Part shown: piece by piece, positions 44,633 to 55,218 of the stretch | Layout: the number at the start of each line of letters is the position of its first letter | Numbering within the stretch: position 1 is the stretch's first letter | From: an uncultured Ferruginibacter sp. | Lineage (GTDB): Bacteria; Bacteroidota; Bacteroidia; Chitinophagales; Chitinophagaceae | DNA: 64,000 bases | NCBI GenBank assembly: GCA_964452405.1 | Contig: CAYVLT010000001.1 | Location: 3,387 to 67,386 of the forward strand | Direction of reading: 5' to 3' | Made by a program: the position numbers and the translations under genes | The notes under the pieces: generated by a model | Seen by the model: only the letters and a program-made list of their open reading frames with translations | Database searches by the model: none | Told to the model about the DNA's origin: nothing

Positions 44633-47317
44633 ATGAAACGGATCACCGGATTGTTTGTAATTTTTTTCAATTGTATTTGTTTGATGAACGCAAGTGGACA
44701 AGCTCCCCGAAATCTTTTGTGGAAAACGCCCGTCTACACCGTTTACAGCGATAGCGTGGTGCAGGGGGCCTATGTGGCAAAAGCTTTTTCTGCAAAGGAA
44801 CTGGTGTCGAATTATCAAAGTCCGGCCAACCTCTTTCAAAGCACCAAAATCGCCTTTAAATTCAGCATCAACGGAAAAGACAACGAGATGCAGCCCGGTA
44901 TGGATCATCACATGAATGTATTGGATGGCGTTACCGAAACACCACTGATCAGTATTGGCACCCGGATGAATGATACTAAAGACAGGGGCGACACCTACCT
45001 GCAACCAGATACCAAACTCAAAATAAGGGTAGATATGAATGCGGTGCTGAATGATTTTAAAACAAAGGGTTATTTCACCACCTACAAGGGAGATAAGATT
45101 TATAAAGAAGATTTTAAAGGACTGTATGTGGCCGGCAACACCCTGCCCATGATCTGGGATTTCGACAACCTCCACAACAAGGAAGGATTGGAGCTCACCG
45201 ATGCAGACGGTGATGGAATTTATGAAACCACGATCGTGTTAAATGCACGAAAAGACGAAAAGCAAACCGATGCAAGCTGGAAGTTATCAAAAGATATCTC
45301 GGCCTATCCCCAATATCATTCAGACGATGTGCTGGCAAATGCCATTTACAACCTGAGTTTGGAGGAGATGGTGAAAGCGGTGGAACCTGACAGCACGTTC
45401 CGGACCGGTAAAGAATGGGCGGGAGTTTGGACCAGGGACATCAGCTACAGCATTATTTTATCCATGGCGCACCTGCAGCCAATGGTGGCAAAGCACAGCC
45501 TGATGAAAAAGGTGAATAAGAAAAAAAAGATCATCCAGGATACAGGTACCGGTGGCGCCTATCCCTGTTCAACCGATCGCATGATCTGGGCAACGGCCGC
45601 CTGGGAAATTTATAAGGCAACCGGCGATGAAGACTGGCTGAAGCAGGCCTATGTGATCATTAAAAACTCTGTGAATGATGACATGCACAATGCCTACGAC
45701 ATGGCAACAGGCATGGTTAAAGGCGAATCGTCTTTCCTCGATTGGCGGGAACAGACCTATCCTAAATGGATGCAGCCGGCTGATATTTTTGAATCAGAAA
45801 ACCTTGGTACCAATGCTGTTCATTACAATGCCAACAAAGTACTCGCACAAATGGCCACCATTTTGCACAAACCGGCCGATGTAGCCCGTTACAATGCCAA
45901 TGCTGCCAGGATAAAAGCCGGCATCAATAAATACCTGTGGATGGTAGACAAAGGCTACTACGCTCAATACCTGTATGGCAGAAATTTTAAAACAGTTTCA
46001 CCGAGGGCGGAGGCCCTGGGTGAGGCACTCTGTGTTTTATTCGGCATCGCAGACGCCAACCGAGAATCAGTGATTGCAAAAACACCGGTAACCGATTATG
46101 GCATTTCCTGCATTTACCCGCAGATACCCGGCATTGCACCTTATCATAACAATGCAGTATGGCCATTTGTACAATCCTATTGGGCGCTCGCTTCCGCCCG
46201 TGCCGGCAACGAAAGATCTGTGATGGAGTCCATAGCATCTGTTTACCGCCCGGCAGCACTTTTTTTAACCAACAAAGAAAATTATGTGGCGGATAATGGA
46301 GACTTTGCAGGAACAGTCATCAACTCCAGCAACATGTTATGGAGTCTTTCCGGTAACCTGGCGTTGGTGCAAAAACTGTTGTTTGGTATCGAATTTCAAC
46401 CCGAAAAACTCCTGTTTCATCCCTTTGTACCGGAAGCTTTAAAAGGCAACCGTTCCCTTACAAATTTTACCTATCGCAATGCGGTACTTAATATTTACAT
46501 AGAAGGATTTGGCAATACCATCAGCAGTTTTACGGTAGATGGAAAAGCTACAGACGATCACAGTGTTGCCGCTGTATTAAAAGGAAAACATACAATCAGG
46601 ATAAAACTGGCCGATACTTTCAGCACCGGCGGCGACATCAATAAAGTTGAGAATACCGTTTCGCCCGCTACGCCGCTCACATCAATTTCAGGCGACAATA
46701 TCACCTGGCTTCCGGTACCTGGGGCATTGAAATATACAGTGTTAAAAGATGGACAGGAAATTGAAACCATCCATGAAACCACTTATCCCATCCGGTCAAA
46801 CGACTGCAACGAATACCAGGTGATTGCGGTTGATGAAAAAGGCATTGGGTCATTCGCCAGCGAACCACTTACGATCGATCACTGCGAAAACACGGTGAAA
46901 GTGGAAGTGGAAACAAGGGCAGATAAAGCTGCCCTGCCCTACAAAGGCTATTCAGGAGCGGGTTTTGTTGAGATCAGCGACAGTGTGAACAGGAGCATAA
47001 TCATACCTGTAAAAGTGGAAGAATCAGGCACCTATGCGATCAGCTTCAGGTATGCCAATGGGAACGGTCCGGTTAATACTGAAAACAAATGTGCTATCAG
47101 AACTATAAAAGCAGATGATCGTGTACTCGGCACCGTTGTGTTCCCGCAACGCGGTAAAGACGAATGGAGTAATTGGGGGTTCAGCAATGCATTGCATGCC
47201 ACTCTATCAAGAGGGCAGCACTGGATAACCATTTACTTTGATGGGGAAAATGAAAATATGAATGGGCTTATCAACCAGGCTATGCTGGATTACCTGCAGG
47301 TAGTGAAAATAAAGTAA
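44633..47317 (+). CDS. Secreted multidomain glycoside hydrolase: CBM20/48-like insert, (alpha/alpha)6 catalytic domain (MGH1/glycogen-debranching-like), C-terminal CBM6/35-like domain
   Basis: Signal peptide; YVAG..W..LTDADGDGIYETTI; WAGVWTRDISYS, GESSFLDWRE, YHNNAVWPFV; GYSGAGFVE..FRYANG..WSNWG. Confidence 0.7.
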   Translation: MKRITGLFVIFFNCICLMNASGQAPRNLLWKTPVYTVYSDSVVQGAYVAKAFSAKELVSNYQSPANLFQSTKIAFKFSINGKDNEMQPGMDHHMNVLDGVTETPLISIGTRMNDTKDRGDTYLQPDTKLKIRVDMNAVLNDFKTKGYFTTYKGDKIYKEDFKGLYVAGNTLPMIWDFDNLHNKEGLELTDADGDGIYETTIVLNARKDEKQTDASWKLSKDISAYPQYHSDDVLANAIYNLSLEEMVKAVEPDSTFRTGKEWAGVWTRDISYSIILSMAHLQPMVAKHSLMKKVNKKKKIIQDTGTGGAYPCSTDRMIWATAAWEIYKATGDEDWLKQAYVIIKNSVNDDMHNAYDMATGMVKGESSFLDWREQTYPKWMQPADIFESENLGTNAVHYNANKVLAQMATILHKPADVARYNANAARIKAGINKYLWMVDKGYYAQYLYGRNFKTVSPRAEALGEALCVLFGIADANRESVIAKTPVTDYGISCIYPQIPGIAPYHNNAVWPFVQSYWALASARAGNERSVMESIASVYRPAALFLTNKENYVADNGDFAGTVINSSNMLWSLSGNLALVQKLLFGIEFQPEKLLFHPFVPEALKGNRSLTNFTYRNAVLNIYIEGFGNTISSFTVDGKATDDHSVAAVLKGKHTIRIKLADTFSTGGDINKVENTVSPATPLTSISGDNITWLPVPGALKYTVLKDGQEIETIHETTYPIRSNDCNEYQVIAVDEKGIGSFASEPLTIDHCENTVKVEVETRADKAALPYKGYSGAGFVEISDSVNRSIIIPVKVEESGTYAISFRYANGNGPVNTENKCAIRTIKADDRVLGTVVFPQRGKDEWSNWGFSNALHATLSRGQHWITIYFDGENENMNGLINQAMLDYLQVVKIK

Positions 47318-47319
47318 GC

Positions 47320-48279
47320 TCAGGCTTTTTTCCGGGCCAGTACTTTTTCGGCTGCGGCAACAATATTTGGTGCATCCAATCCGTATTTGGTCAGAAGTTC
47401 AGCAGGCTTACCACTTTCTCCAAAAGTGTCATTTGTTCCTACATATTCAATCGGAATTGGCAGGTGTTTAGCGGCTACCTGTGCAACACTGTCGCCCAAA
47501 CCACCGATGATATTGTGTTCTTCGCAGGTTACAGCGCACCTGGTTTTACTGATGGAAGCAATGACGGCCTCCGTATCGAGCGGTTTGATGGTATGCAGGT
47601 TGATCACTTCAACGCTGATGCCTTTTTCTTCCAGGATGCGACCGGCTTCCACTGCTTTCCATACCAGGTGGCCGCAGGCAAAAATACTTACGTCTGATCC
47701 TTCAGAAAGTTGATGTGCTTTTCCTAAAACAAAATCTGCTTCTTTGGTAAAGATGGGCCAAACCGGCCTTCCGAAACGTAGATATACAGGACCGGTATGA
47801 TCTGCAATGGCTTTGGTGGCAGCCTTGGTTTGATTGTAATCTGCGGGAACCACCACGGTCATACCGGGCAGCATTTTCATCAGCCCTATATCTTCCAGGA
47901 TCTGGTGGGTGGCGCCATCCTCACCTAGGGTTAGGCCTGCATGGGAAGCACAAATTTTTACATTTTTATTGCTATAGGCGATCGACTGGCGGATCTGGTC
48001 GTACACCCTGCCGGTACTGAAGTTGGCAAAAGTGGTGGTGTAAGGTATTTTTCCGCCAATGGTTAAACCGGCTGCAACGCCCATCATATTGGCTTCTGCA
48101 ATACCACACTGTATAAAACGTTCGGGAAATTCTTTGATGAAAGCGTTCAACTTCATAGAACCGAGCAGGTCGGCAGTAAGCGCAATGATATTTTCATTGG
48201 TTCTTGCAGCTTCCAGGATGCCATCCCCAAAGCCACTGCGGGTATCCTTGTTGCCTGTTACTTCAATCGCTTTCAGCAT
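47320..48279 (-). CDS. Transketolase C-terminal (pyrimidine-binding) subunit
   Basis: GIAEANMMGVAAG, GEDGATHQ, YLRFGR, EEHNIIGGLG; start moved to MLKAIEV. Confidence 0.92.
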   Translation of the reverse strand: MLKAIEVTGNKDTRSGFGDGILEAARTNENIIALTADLLGSMKLNAFIKEFPERFIQCGIAEANMMGVAAGLTIGGKIPYTTTFANFSTGRVYDQIRQSIAYSNKNVKICASHAGLTLGEDGATHQILEDIGLMKMLPGMTVVVPADYNQTKAATKAIADHTGPVYLRFGRPVWPIFTKEADFVLGKAHQLSEGSDVSIFACGHLVWKAVEAGRILEEKGISVEVINLHTIKPLDTEAVIASISKTRCAVTCEEHNIIGGLGDSVAQVAAKHLPIPIEYVGTNDTFGESGKPAELLTKYGLDAPNIVAAAEKVLARKKA

Positions 48280-48336
48280 AAAATATAATTTTGAAAGCGC
48301 AAGATAAGGCATGATTCCTACACAGTAAAGCGCTTT

Positions 48337-49374
48337 TTACGCAGGCACTTTATTTTCTGCATCCTTTAATTTCAGTTCCCACTGCCAGGCTGTATTCATC
48401 ATGTCGTCCAGGTTGTAGGCGGGTACCCAGCCCAGCTCGTTTTTAGCTTTGTTGTTGTTGGCATAAATGGCCACCACATCACCAGAGCGGCGGGGGCCGA
48501 TGGCGTAATTTAATTTTACCCCACTAACTTTTTCAAAAGCTTTGATCACTTCTAAAACAGTGTACCCGTCACCGGTACCCAGGTTGAAGACCTCAGTTTT
48601 AAGGTTGCTTTTTTTATCAATAAGGTAGTTAAGTGCCAGTGTATGAGCGTGCGCAATGTCGCTTACATGAATATAGTCTCTCACGCAACTGCCATCTCTT
48701 GTTTCATAGTCGTCTCCAAAAACCTGCATGGCAGGCAATTTGCCAATGGCAGTTTGTGTGATGGCAGGAACGAGGTTGGCTGGCCTGCCCAGTGGTATTT
48801 CTCCCAACAGGATGGAGGGATGGGCGCCAACAGGGTTAAAGTAGCGCAGCAGGATCGCCTGCATATTGTTACTTTTAACGGTGTCTGTTACGATCACTTC
48901 ACCCATTTGCTTGGTAGCTCCATAAGGTGATTCCGCCGGTTTTTGGCCGGTTTCTTCAGTAACCGGGATGCTGTCAGGGTTTCCATATACCGTGCAGGAC
49001 GAAGAAAACACAAAATGTGGCACATTGAACTCTTCAGCACATTTTAAAATATTCACCAGGGAGCTTAAGTTGTTATCAAAATACAACAAAGGCTTTTCCA
49101 CTGATTCACCAACTGCCTTAAATGCAGCAAAATGAATGATGCCTGAAATATCATTGTTCTCACGGAACACATTCCGGGTGTCTTCGAGGTTACACAAGTC
49201 CACTAGGTAATTTTTTATTTTTTTACCGGTAATCGTTTCCGCATTTGATAAGATGGCAGTTGTACTGCGGGAGTTATTGTCGATAGAAATTACGTCGAAT
49301 CCGTTTTGTAACAGGTCAACGATGGTATGTACGCCGATATAACCACATCCGCCGGTAACAAGTATTTTTTTCAT
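48337..49374 (-). CDS. galE: UDP-glucose 4-epimerase
   Basis: LVTGGCGYIG, HFAAFKAVGES, FSSSCTVYG, PYGATK, LRYFNPVGAH, RDYIHV; start moved to MKKILVT. Confidence 0.95.
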   Translation of the reverse strand: MKKILVTGGCGYIGVHTIVDLLQNGFDVISIDNNSRSTTAILSNAETITGKKIKNYLVDLCNLEDTRNVFRENNDISGIIHFAAFKAVGESVEKPLLYFDNNLSSLVNILKCAEEFNVPHFVFSSSCTVYGNPDSIPVTEETGQKPAESPYGATKQMGEVIVTDTVKSNNMQAILLRYFNPVGAHPSILLGEIPLGRPANLVPAITQTAIGKLPAMQVFGDDYETRDGSCVRDYIHVSDIAHAHTLALNYLIDKKSNLKTEVFNLGTGDGYTVLEVIKAFEKVSGVKLNYAIGPRRSGDVVAIYANNNKAKNELGWVPAYNLDDMMNTAWQWELKLKDAENKVPA

Positions 49375-49503
49375 AACACTGTTTTTTTGAAAGATTCCTG
49401 CAGCAGTTATCTTAATATGTAAAATAAGCGTTTGTAGGGGTAGTATAAAAGTACAATCACCCAACAAAACATTGAGTGATTTTAAAACGGAGATTTAAAA
49501 TAT

Positions 49504-50919
49504 TTATTTTACGAAGAAGGAAGTAATATAATAAACGATGCCGGCCAGCAGTGCGCTCACAGGAATGGTTAAAACCCAGGCCCACAGCAGGTTTACTGTA
49601 ACGCCCCATCGAACGGCGCTCAAACGTTTTGTAGCGCCCACGCCAATGATGGATCCGGTAATGGTATGGGTGGTGCTCACCGGTATGCCCATCTGTTCGG
49701 TCATGAACAGGGTAAGGGAGCCTGAAGTTTCTGCTGCCACACCTTCCAGCGGTGTAACCTTGGTGATCTTGGTTCCCATTGTTTTAACGATCTTCCAGCC
49801 GCCGCTCATCGTACCCAGTCCCATAGCTGTATAGCAGGCCAGTGGAATCCAGTACAATTCTTTCAATACAGTACCTACATCGGTATATTGGGCAGCATTA
49901 TAGGAAACAAAAGCCGCGGCAATAATGCCCATCACTTTTTGAGCATCGTTACCACCATGCCCGATACTGAAAGCCGCTGAAGACAGTAACTGTAAGCGCT
50001 TGAACATTTTTGCAGTGCGGTAAGCGTTGGGAGATTTGATCTTTTCAGAATACACATACGCACAGATAAAAATAAAGATCATGATCATAACCCCGTATAC
50101 GATCACCGAGTTATCGGCTTTTTTAAAATTCTTGGTCAGCTTTGCCACATCTGCACCCGGGTCAACTTTTTGCCGGATCGCTTCCGCCAGTTTTTCGGCA
50201 CCGATCTTTTTATAGTCGCTTAACAGTGGCGCAGCTGCAGCAACATTGCTTAATGCCTTTTCATACGCCGCCTGGTCGGACGGACCGGATGCGGCATTCT
50301 TTTTTAGATTTTCAATATTGTAGTACTTAACAAGATTCTCCTCCAGTTTATTTTGTTCAAAATGTGCAAATAAAAACCAGGTGAAAATGGCGGCCAGTAT
50401 AATCATTCCCACCCTGGCCCACACGTTTCGCATGATCGTGACTACGGTAATGAAAATGGAGATCACCATCCCAATGATGGGGGCCAGGAAAATGAAGAGA
50501 ATAATCTCTGTGATCTTGCCAATTTCAACGATGGCGCTGATGGGCTGAAAGCCTTTTACGAGGAAAGCGTGGGTAACAGCTGCGCCGGCAAAGCCCCCGA
50601 TGAGTGTATGCGAAGAAGAGGAAGGAATGCCGTACCACCAGGTGAGCAGGTTCCAGAAGATTGCTGCAATCATACCCGCCAGGATCACCGGCAGGGTGAT
50701 GAACTCAGCATGAACCGTTTTACCAATTGTATTGGCCACGGCGTGGTCCTTGAAAATAAAGTAAGCGATAAAATTAAAGGTAGCAGCCCACACAACCGCC
50801 TGGAAAGGCGTTAGTACCTTAGTGGAAACAATAGTGGCGATTGAATTTGCAGCGTCATGAAAGCCATTGATATAATCGAAAATGAGCGACAGTACAACGA
50901 TTAAGATAAGCAGAGTCAT
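49504..50919 (-). CDS. pit: Inorganic phosphate transporter, PiT family, with central insertion
   Basis: NGFHDAANSIAT and GHGGNDAQK signatures; GIPSSSSH; PVSTTH. Confidence 0.92.
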   Translation of the reverse strand: MTLLILIVVLSLIFDYINGFHDAANSIATIVSTKVLTPFQAVVWAATFNFIAYFIFKDHAVANTIGKTVHAEFITLPVILAGMIAAIFWNLLTWWYGIPSSSSHTLIGGFAGAAVTHAFLVKGFQPISAIVEIGKITEIILFIFLAPIIGMVISIFITVVTIMRNVWARVGMIILAAIFTWFLFAHFEQNKLEENLVKYYNIENLKKNAASGPSDQAAYEKALSNVAAAAPLLSDYKKIGAEKLAEAIRQKVDPGADVAKLTKNFKKADNSVIVYGVMIMIFIFICAYVYSEKIKSPNAYRTAKMFKRLQLLSSAAFSIGHGGNDAQKVMGIIAAAFVSYNAAQYTDVGTVLKELYWIPLACYTAMGLGTMSGGWKIVKTMGTKITKVTPLEGVAAETSGSLTLFMTEQMGIPVSTTHTITGSIIGVGATKRLSAVRWGVTVNLLWAWVLTIPVSALLAGIVYYITSFFVK

Positions 50920-51001
50920 ATAAAGATTTTGAGATCAAACGCTGCTGAAGGTGGTTGCCAGATCGTGTACCAGGCCCGTTCCCTTCGCGGCGATCGGTCT
51001 G

Positions 51002-51649
51002 TTAAGCGTATTTTACGATAATCGATTCTATCACGTTGGCTGCATCCTCACATTTATCGGTTACTATTTCCATTACCTGGTATATCTCTCTTTTTTTGAT
51101 CACTTCTTTCGCATCGGGTTCGGTGGCGAACAGGCGTTCGATGCTCATGTCAAATATATCGTCGGCCTGGTTTTCCACGCTGTTAATGGCCACCAGTGCA
51201 TCCGTGATCTGGCGCATATTTTTCATGTTCCTCAATTCTGTTACAGCCTTGTGCACCTGTACACAACCGTTGGCGATGAGGTCAGCCATTTTCTGCATAC
51301 CGGTATCGTTTGGGTTCACGCGGTAAAAATTAATTTTTTTAGCAGAAGCATAAATGTAGTCGGCAATATCATCCAGGGCGCTGGCCAGGTAGTGGATATC
51401 CTCACGGTCAAAAGGAGTGATAAAGTTTTTTCCCAGCTCGGTAAAAATGTTATGGGTAAAATCATCATTCACATGCTCCATGTCCTCAATTTCCTGGATC
51501 AACTGGGCACGTTTATCAAAGTCGGGTTCATTCACCACCTCCTTCAATTTTTCTCCCATTTTCACCAACTCTTCTGATACATTTTCAAACAACTGGAAGA
51601 AGATTCTGTCTTTGGGTAAAAAAATCTTGAGTATTGAATTGAAGCCCAT
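51002..51649 (-). CDS. DUF47 (PhoU-like) phosphate transport regulator
   Basis: FITPFDREDIHYLASALDDIAD, ENQADD, DKCEDAANVIESI; start moved to MGFNSIL; co-transcribed with pit; TACTTTTG -7 box at 51665-72. Confidence 0.92.
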   Translation of the reverse strand: MGFNSILKIFLPKDRIFFQLFENVSEELVKMGEKLKEVVNEPDFDKRAQLIQEIEDMEHVNDDFTHNIFTELGKNFITPFDREDIHYLASALDDIADYIYASAKKINFYRVNPNDTGMQKMADLIANGCVQVHKAVTELRNMKNMRQITDALVAINSVENQADDIFDMSIERLFATEPDAKEVIKKREIYQVMEIVTDKCEDAANVIESIIVKYA

Positions 51650-51907
51650 AATTGAAATTTTGGGCAAAAGTAACTGGATTGCCTTGCAACGCCGGGTATT
51701 TACAATTCTTAATGATAAATTAATATGCTGCCAGGTTGTTGAATTAAACAATCATCGAGTTAACTATTAGAATTTGTCAAAAAATCTGGTGTGTTCAAAA
51801 GCAATTTTCTAAATTAAGAGCTTGATTTAATATTAAAAATACATGTTATTTAAGTTTATATGTAAATAATTTTTCTGCAATGCAACAATTTTTGTCTTTC
51901 CTTTGTC

Positions 51908-51915
51908 TACATTTG
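51908..51915 (+). promoter_or_regulatory. -7 box (TACATTTG) for the second susC
   Basis: Exact TAnnTTTG, 62 nt upstream of the ATG. Confidence 0.6.
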
Positions 51916-51977
51916 TGAAATGTATGTTAAATACATTATTTTTTATTTTTATATAATTAGCTAACCAAAATTGTTTT

Positions 51978-54900
51978 ATGAGAAAAATTGCATCACTTTT
52001 TGCAATGCTTATGCTATTTTCTGCATTGGCATTTGGTCAGGCCCGGACTATTACGGGTACCGTGATCAATGAGAAGGGAGAAGTAGTACCCGGTGTTTCC
52101 GTAAATGTTAAAGGAAAGGCAGGCGGTACAGCTGCTGACAGTAAAGGTCAGTTTACTATTACAGCCAATACTGGCGACAAGCTGATTATTACCGGTGTGA
52201 ACATCGACCCGGTAACAGTAACTGTTGGAACAGGAAATACGGTTGCTGTAAATGTGAAAACTGCTTTAGTAACCACGACGGAAGTAGTGGTAACCGCACT
52301 TGGTATCAGGAGGTCTGAGAAAAGTGTGGGATATGCAGTTTCAAAAGTTGATCCGAATGCACTCGTTCAGAAATCTGAACCAGATATGTTGAAAGGTCTG
52401 CAGGGTAAGGTACCTGGTGTAGATATCCGCACTTCTCAAGGTACGCCGGGTGCAGCTACCAGGATCCAGATCAGGGGTAACTCTTCACTCCTGCTGGAAA
52501 CACAACCGCTGATCGTGGTTGATGGAGTTCCCTACAGCAATGACCAGGTAACTACCAGCAGCCAAACTTCTGGTGGTACTGCTTATGGTAGCGGTATTGC
52601 TAACCTCGATCCAAATGACATTGAAAGTATGACCGTGTTGAAAGGTGCTGCTGCGGCTTCTTTGTATGGTTCAAGGGCATCCAGGGGCGTTGTGTTGATC
52701 ACTACTAAATCAGGTTCTGCAAAAAAAGGTGCTAAGCCACTGAACGTAAATTTCAGGAGTTCTTACTCAGTTGAAAAAATAGCCAACCTGCCCGACTATC
52801 AAAACAGCTACGGTGCAGGTGCACAGTTCAGGTATTCTAATTCGAACGGTTCCTGGGGTCCTAAATTCGGCCTCGGAAATGTATATGATGGAGGCGGTAA
52901 TGTAATCAGGACCAGCACTTCTGGTCTTGACTCAATTCCTGCCTGGGCAGAATACCTCAATGCTTACCCGGAATTGTTTTCAGCAAATGGTTATACTCCT
53001 TACAAAGCCTACCCGGATAACGTAAAAGAATTGTTCAGGAACGGTGCCGTTTATGAGAATTCAATTGCAGTGAACGGTGGTGATGCTAATAATTCTTTTG
53101 CTTTAACTGCCTCCAACTTAACCCACAACGGTTATGTTGAAAATTCAAGTTACAAAAAGAACAACATCGGCCTTGGTGGTCAGACGAAATATAAAAACCT
53201 GACCGTAGGCGCTAACTTCAGTTTTGCAAGGTCTAAGCAATTGGGTGGTTTCTTCGGTGAAAACCAGGTGAGCGGTGCTACTTCACAATTCGCCCGTTCA
53301 TTGTTCCTTGCCAGGAACTGGGATTTGAGCCTGCCTTACCAGGATGCTTTGGGTAAACCACTCATTCCTAACGGTGGTGCGCAGTTTGATAACCCACACT
53401 GGGCTGCCCTCAACAACGTAGCTACTACTATTGAAGAAAGAACAATTGCGGGTATCCGTCTTGGTTATAAAGTAAACAACTGGGTGAATGTTTCTTATAA
53501 TTTCGGCTTTAACTCTGTAGAGTTGGCAAGGGATGAAATTACCCAGGAATATTCAAGGGCTGCCAATGGATTGGGCCGGATCGTTGAAGATCACTACAAA
53601 GGACAGGAATTACAATCTACTTTGGTGATCGCTTTCAATCCCAAGATCGGTGGCGACTTCACTTTGGATGCTAAACTCGGACAGGACTACAACCAACGGA
53701 CTTCAAGAAGACAAACCAACACCGGTTTGGATTTCGTGGTTCCAAAAATTTACAACCTCGTAAACACAGCCACACAGAGCTTCGGTAATGACAATGTATT
53801 TAAAAGAAGAATCGTTGGTTTCTTTGCTGACGCGACTTTCGGCTACAAAAACTTTGCCTTCATCAATGCTTCTGTAAGGAACGACCGTACATCAACACTG
53901 CCTTATAAAAATGCCAGCTACTATTATCCTGGTGTATCTGCCTCTTTGGTGTTTACAGATGCACTTAAGATCAAGAACAACTGGTTGGATTATGGTAAGA
54001 TCAGGGTTGGTTGGGCAAAAGTGGGTAACGATGCTCCTTCCAATAACGGACAGGATGTATTTGTTATCAACCAAAACTTCCTTGGTCAGCCAAGCACCAG
54101 CCTGAACTCACAAACAATTGATCCAGATCTGACACCGGAATTTACCAAAGAACTGGAAGCCGGTATTGACCTGTATTTCTTCAAACGCAGGCTGGGCATT
54201 GATTTCACTGTATATAACAAAAAATCAACCAACCTTATTTATCCAATCTCAACTCCTGCAACTGTTGGTTACACCAGCTTCCTCACTAATATTGGTGAAA
54301 TCAGCAACAAGGGTGTTGAAATCGGTTTAACTGTAAGCCCGATCGTTACCAAAGGCTTTGTTTGGGAACTGCGTGCTTCATTTACCAAGAACAAAAACCT
54401 GGTGGTTAGCCTCGTAGATGGTTTGGAAAGAGCCCCACTCGGAGGTGGTTTTGCTGATGGTATCCAGGCTTACCTTGAACCAGGAATGCCTTACGGCTAC
54501 CTCCGCGGAAACAGGGCCGACAGAACTGCTGACGGTACATTGTTGATCAACCCGGCTACTGGTATGGTTATTGAAAGCCTTACACCTGGTATGATCGGCG
54601 ATCCAAACCCTGATTATAAATTAGGTATCACCAACACTATTTCTTACAAAGGCTTTACATTGAGCGGCCTGTTCGATATGACGAAAGGCGGTGACATTTA
54701 TTCAGTAACAGTTACTTCTTTGTTGGGTAGGGGTGTTACCAAAGCCAACGAAGACAGGGAAACAAACTGGGTGATTCCTGGCGTTTACGGAGATATCAAC
54801 ACACATGAAGTAATTAATGGTACCGATGGTAAACCAATTCAGAACCAAACACGTATTACTACTAACGACCTGTACTTTGCGCCAGGTGGTACAAGTGCAA

Positions 54901-55196
54901 CCTTTGCGATTAACGGTTCTGATGAATTCAACATCTACGATGCAACTGTTTACCGTTTGAGGGAAATAACATTAGGATACGACATTCCTAAAAAAGTATA
55001 TAATAAATGGGGATTGTCAAATGTACGTTTGAGTGTGAGCGGTCACAACCTTTGGTACCTGGCTCCAAACATTCCTAAGTACACCAACTTTGATCCTGAA
55101 GTTCAATCTTATGGTTCTTCTGCCGTTCAGGGCTTTGAGTTCTCAGCAGCTCCAACAACCAGGAGGTTCGGTATCAATCTTAATGTAACTTTTTAA
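51978..55196 (+). CDS. susC: SusC/RagA TonB-dependent transporter
   Basis: EVVVTALG, MTVLKGAAAASLYGSRASRGVVLITTKSG, PTTRRFGINLNVTF. Confidence 0.95.
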   Translation: MRKIASLFAMLMLFSALAFGQARTITGTVINEKGEVVPGVSVNVKGKAGGTAADSKGQFTITANTGDKLIITGVNIDPVTVTVGTGNTVAVNVKTALVTTTEVVVTALGIRRSEKSVGYAVSKVDPNALVQKSEPDMLKGLQGKVPGVDIRTSQGTPGAATRIQIRGNSSLLLETQPLIVVDGVPYSNDQVTTSSQTSGGTAYGSGIANLDPNDIESMTVLKGAAAASLYGSRASRGVVLITTKSGSAKKGAKPLNVNFRSSYSVEKIANLPDYQNSYGAGAQFRYSNSNGSWGPKFGLGNVYDGGGNVIRTSTSGLDSIPAWAEYLNAYPELFSANGYTPYKAYPDNVKELFRNGAVYENSIAVNGGDANNSFALTASNLTHNGYVENSSYKKNNIGLGGQTKYKNLTVGANFSFARSKQLGGFFGENQVSGATSQFARSLFLARNWDLSLPYQDALGKPLIPNGGAQFDNPHWAALNNVATTIEERTIAGIRLGYKVNNWVNVSYNFGFNSVELARDEITQEYSRAANGLGRIVEDHYKGQELQSTLVIAFNPKIGGDFTLDAKLGQDYNQRTSRRQTNTGLDFVVPKIYNLVNTATQSFGNDNVFKRRIVGFFADATFGYKNFAFINASVRNDRTSTLPYKNASYYYPGVSASLVFTDALKIKNNWLDYGKIRVGWAKVGNDAPSNNGQDVFVINQNFLGQPSTSLNSQTIDPDLTPEFTKELEAGIDLYFFKRRLGIDFTVYNKKSTNLIYPISTPATVGYTSFLTNIGEISNKGVEIGLTVSPIVTKGFVWELRASFTKNKNLVVSLVDGLERAPLGGGFADGIQAYLEPGMPYGYLRGNRADRTADGTLLINPATGMVIESLTPGMIGDPNPDYKLGITNTISYKGFTLSGLFDMTKGGDIYSVTVTSLLGRGVTKANEDRETNWVIPGVYGDINTHEVINGTDGKPIQNQTRITTNDLYFAPGGTSATFAINGSDEFNIYDATVYRLREITLGYDIPKKVYNKWGLSNVRLSVSGHNLWYLAPNIPKYTNFDPEVQSYGSSAVQGFEFSAAPTTRRFGINLNVTF

Positions 55197-55218
55197 TTAC
55201 TAACTAATTCTTTCTATT

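Noticed and set aside
44063-45175. 370-aa minus-strand ORF
   Set aside because: Antisense shadow of DUF502 and the glycosidase; no family motifs.
51690-51775. Pho-box array upstream of DUF47-pit
   Set aside because: Only one 11-bp-spaced pair (TTA at 51709 and 51720) in AT-rich sequence; not distinguishable from chance by eye.
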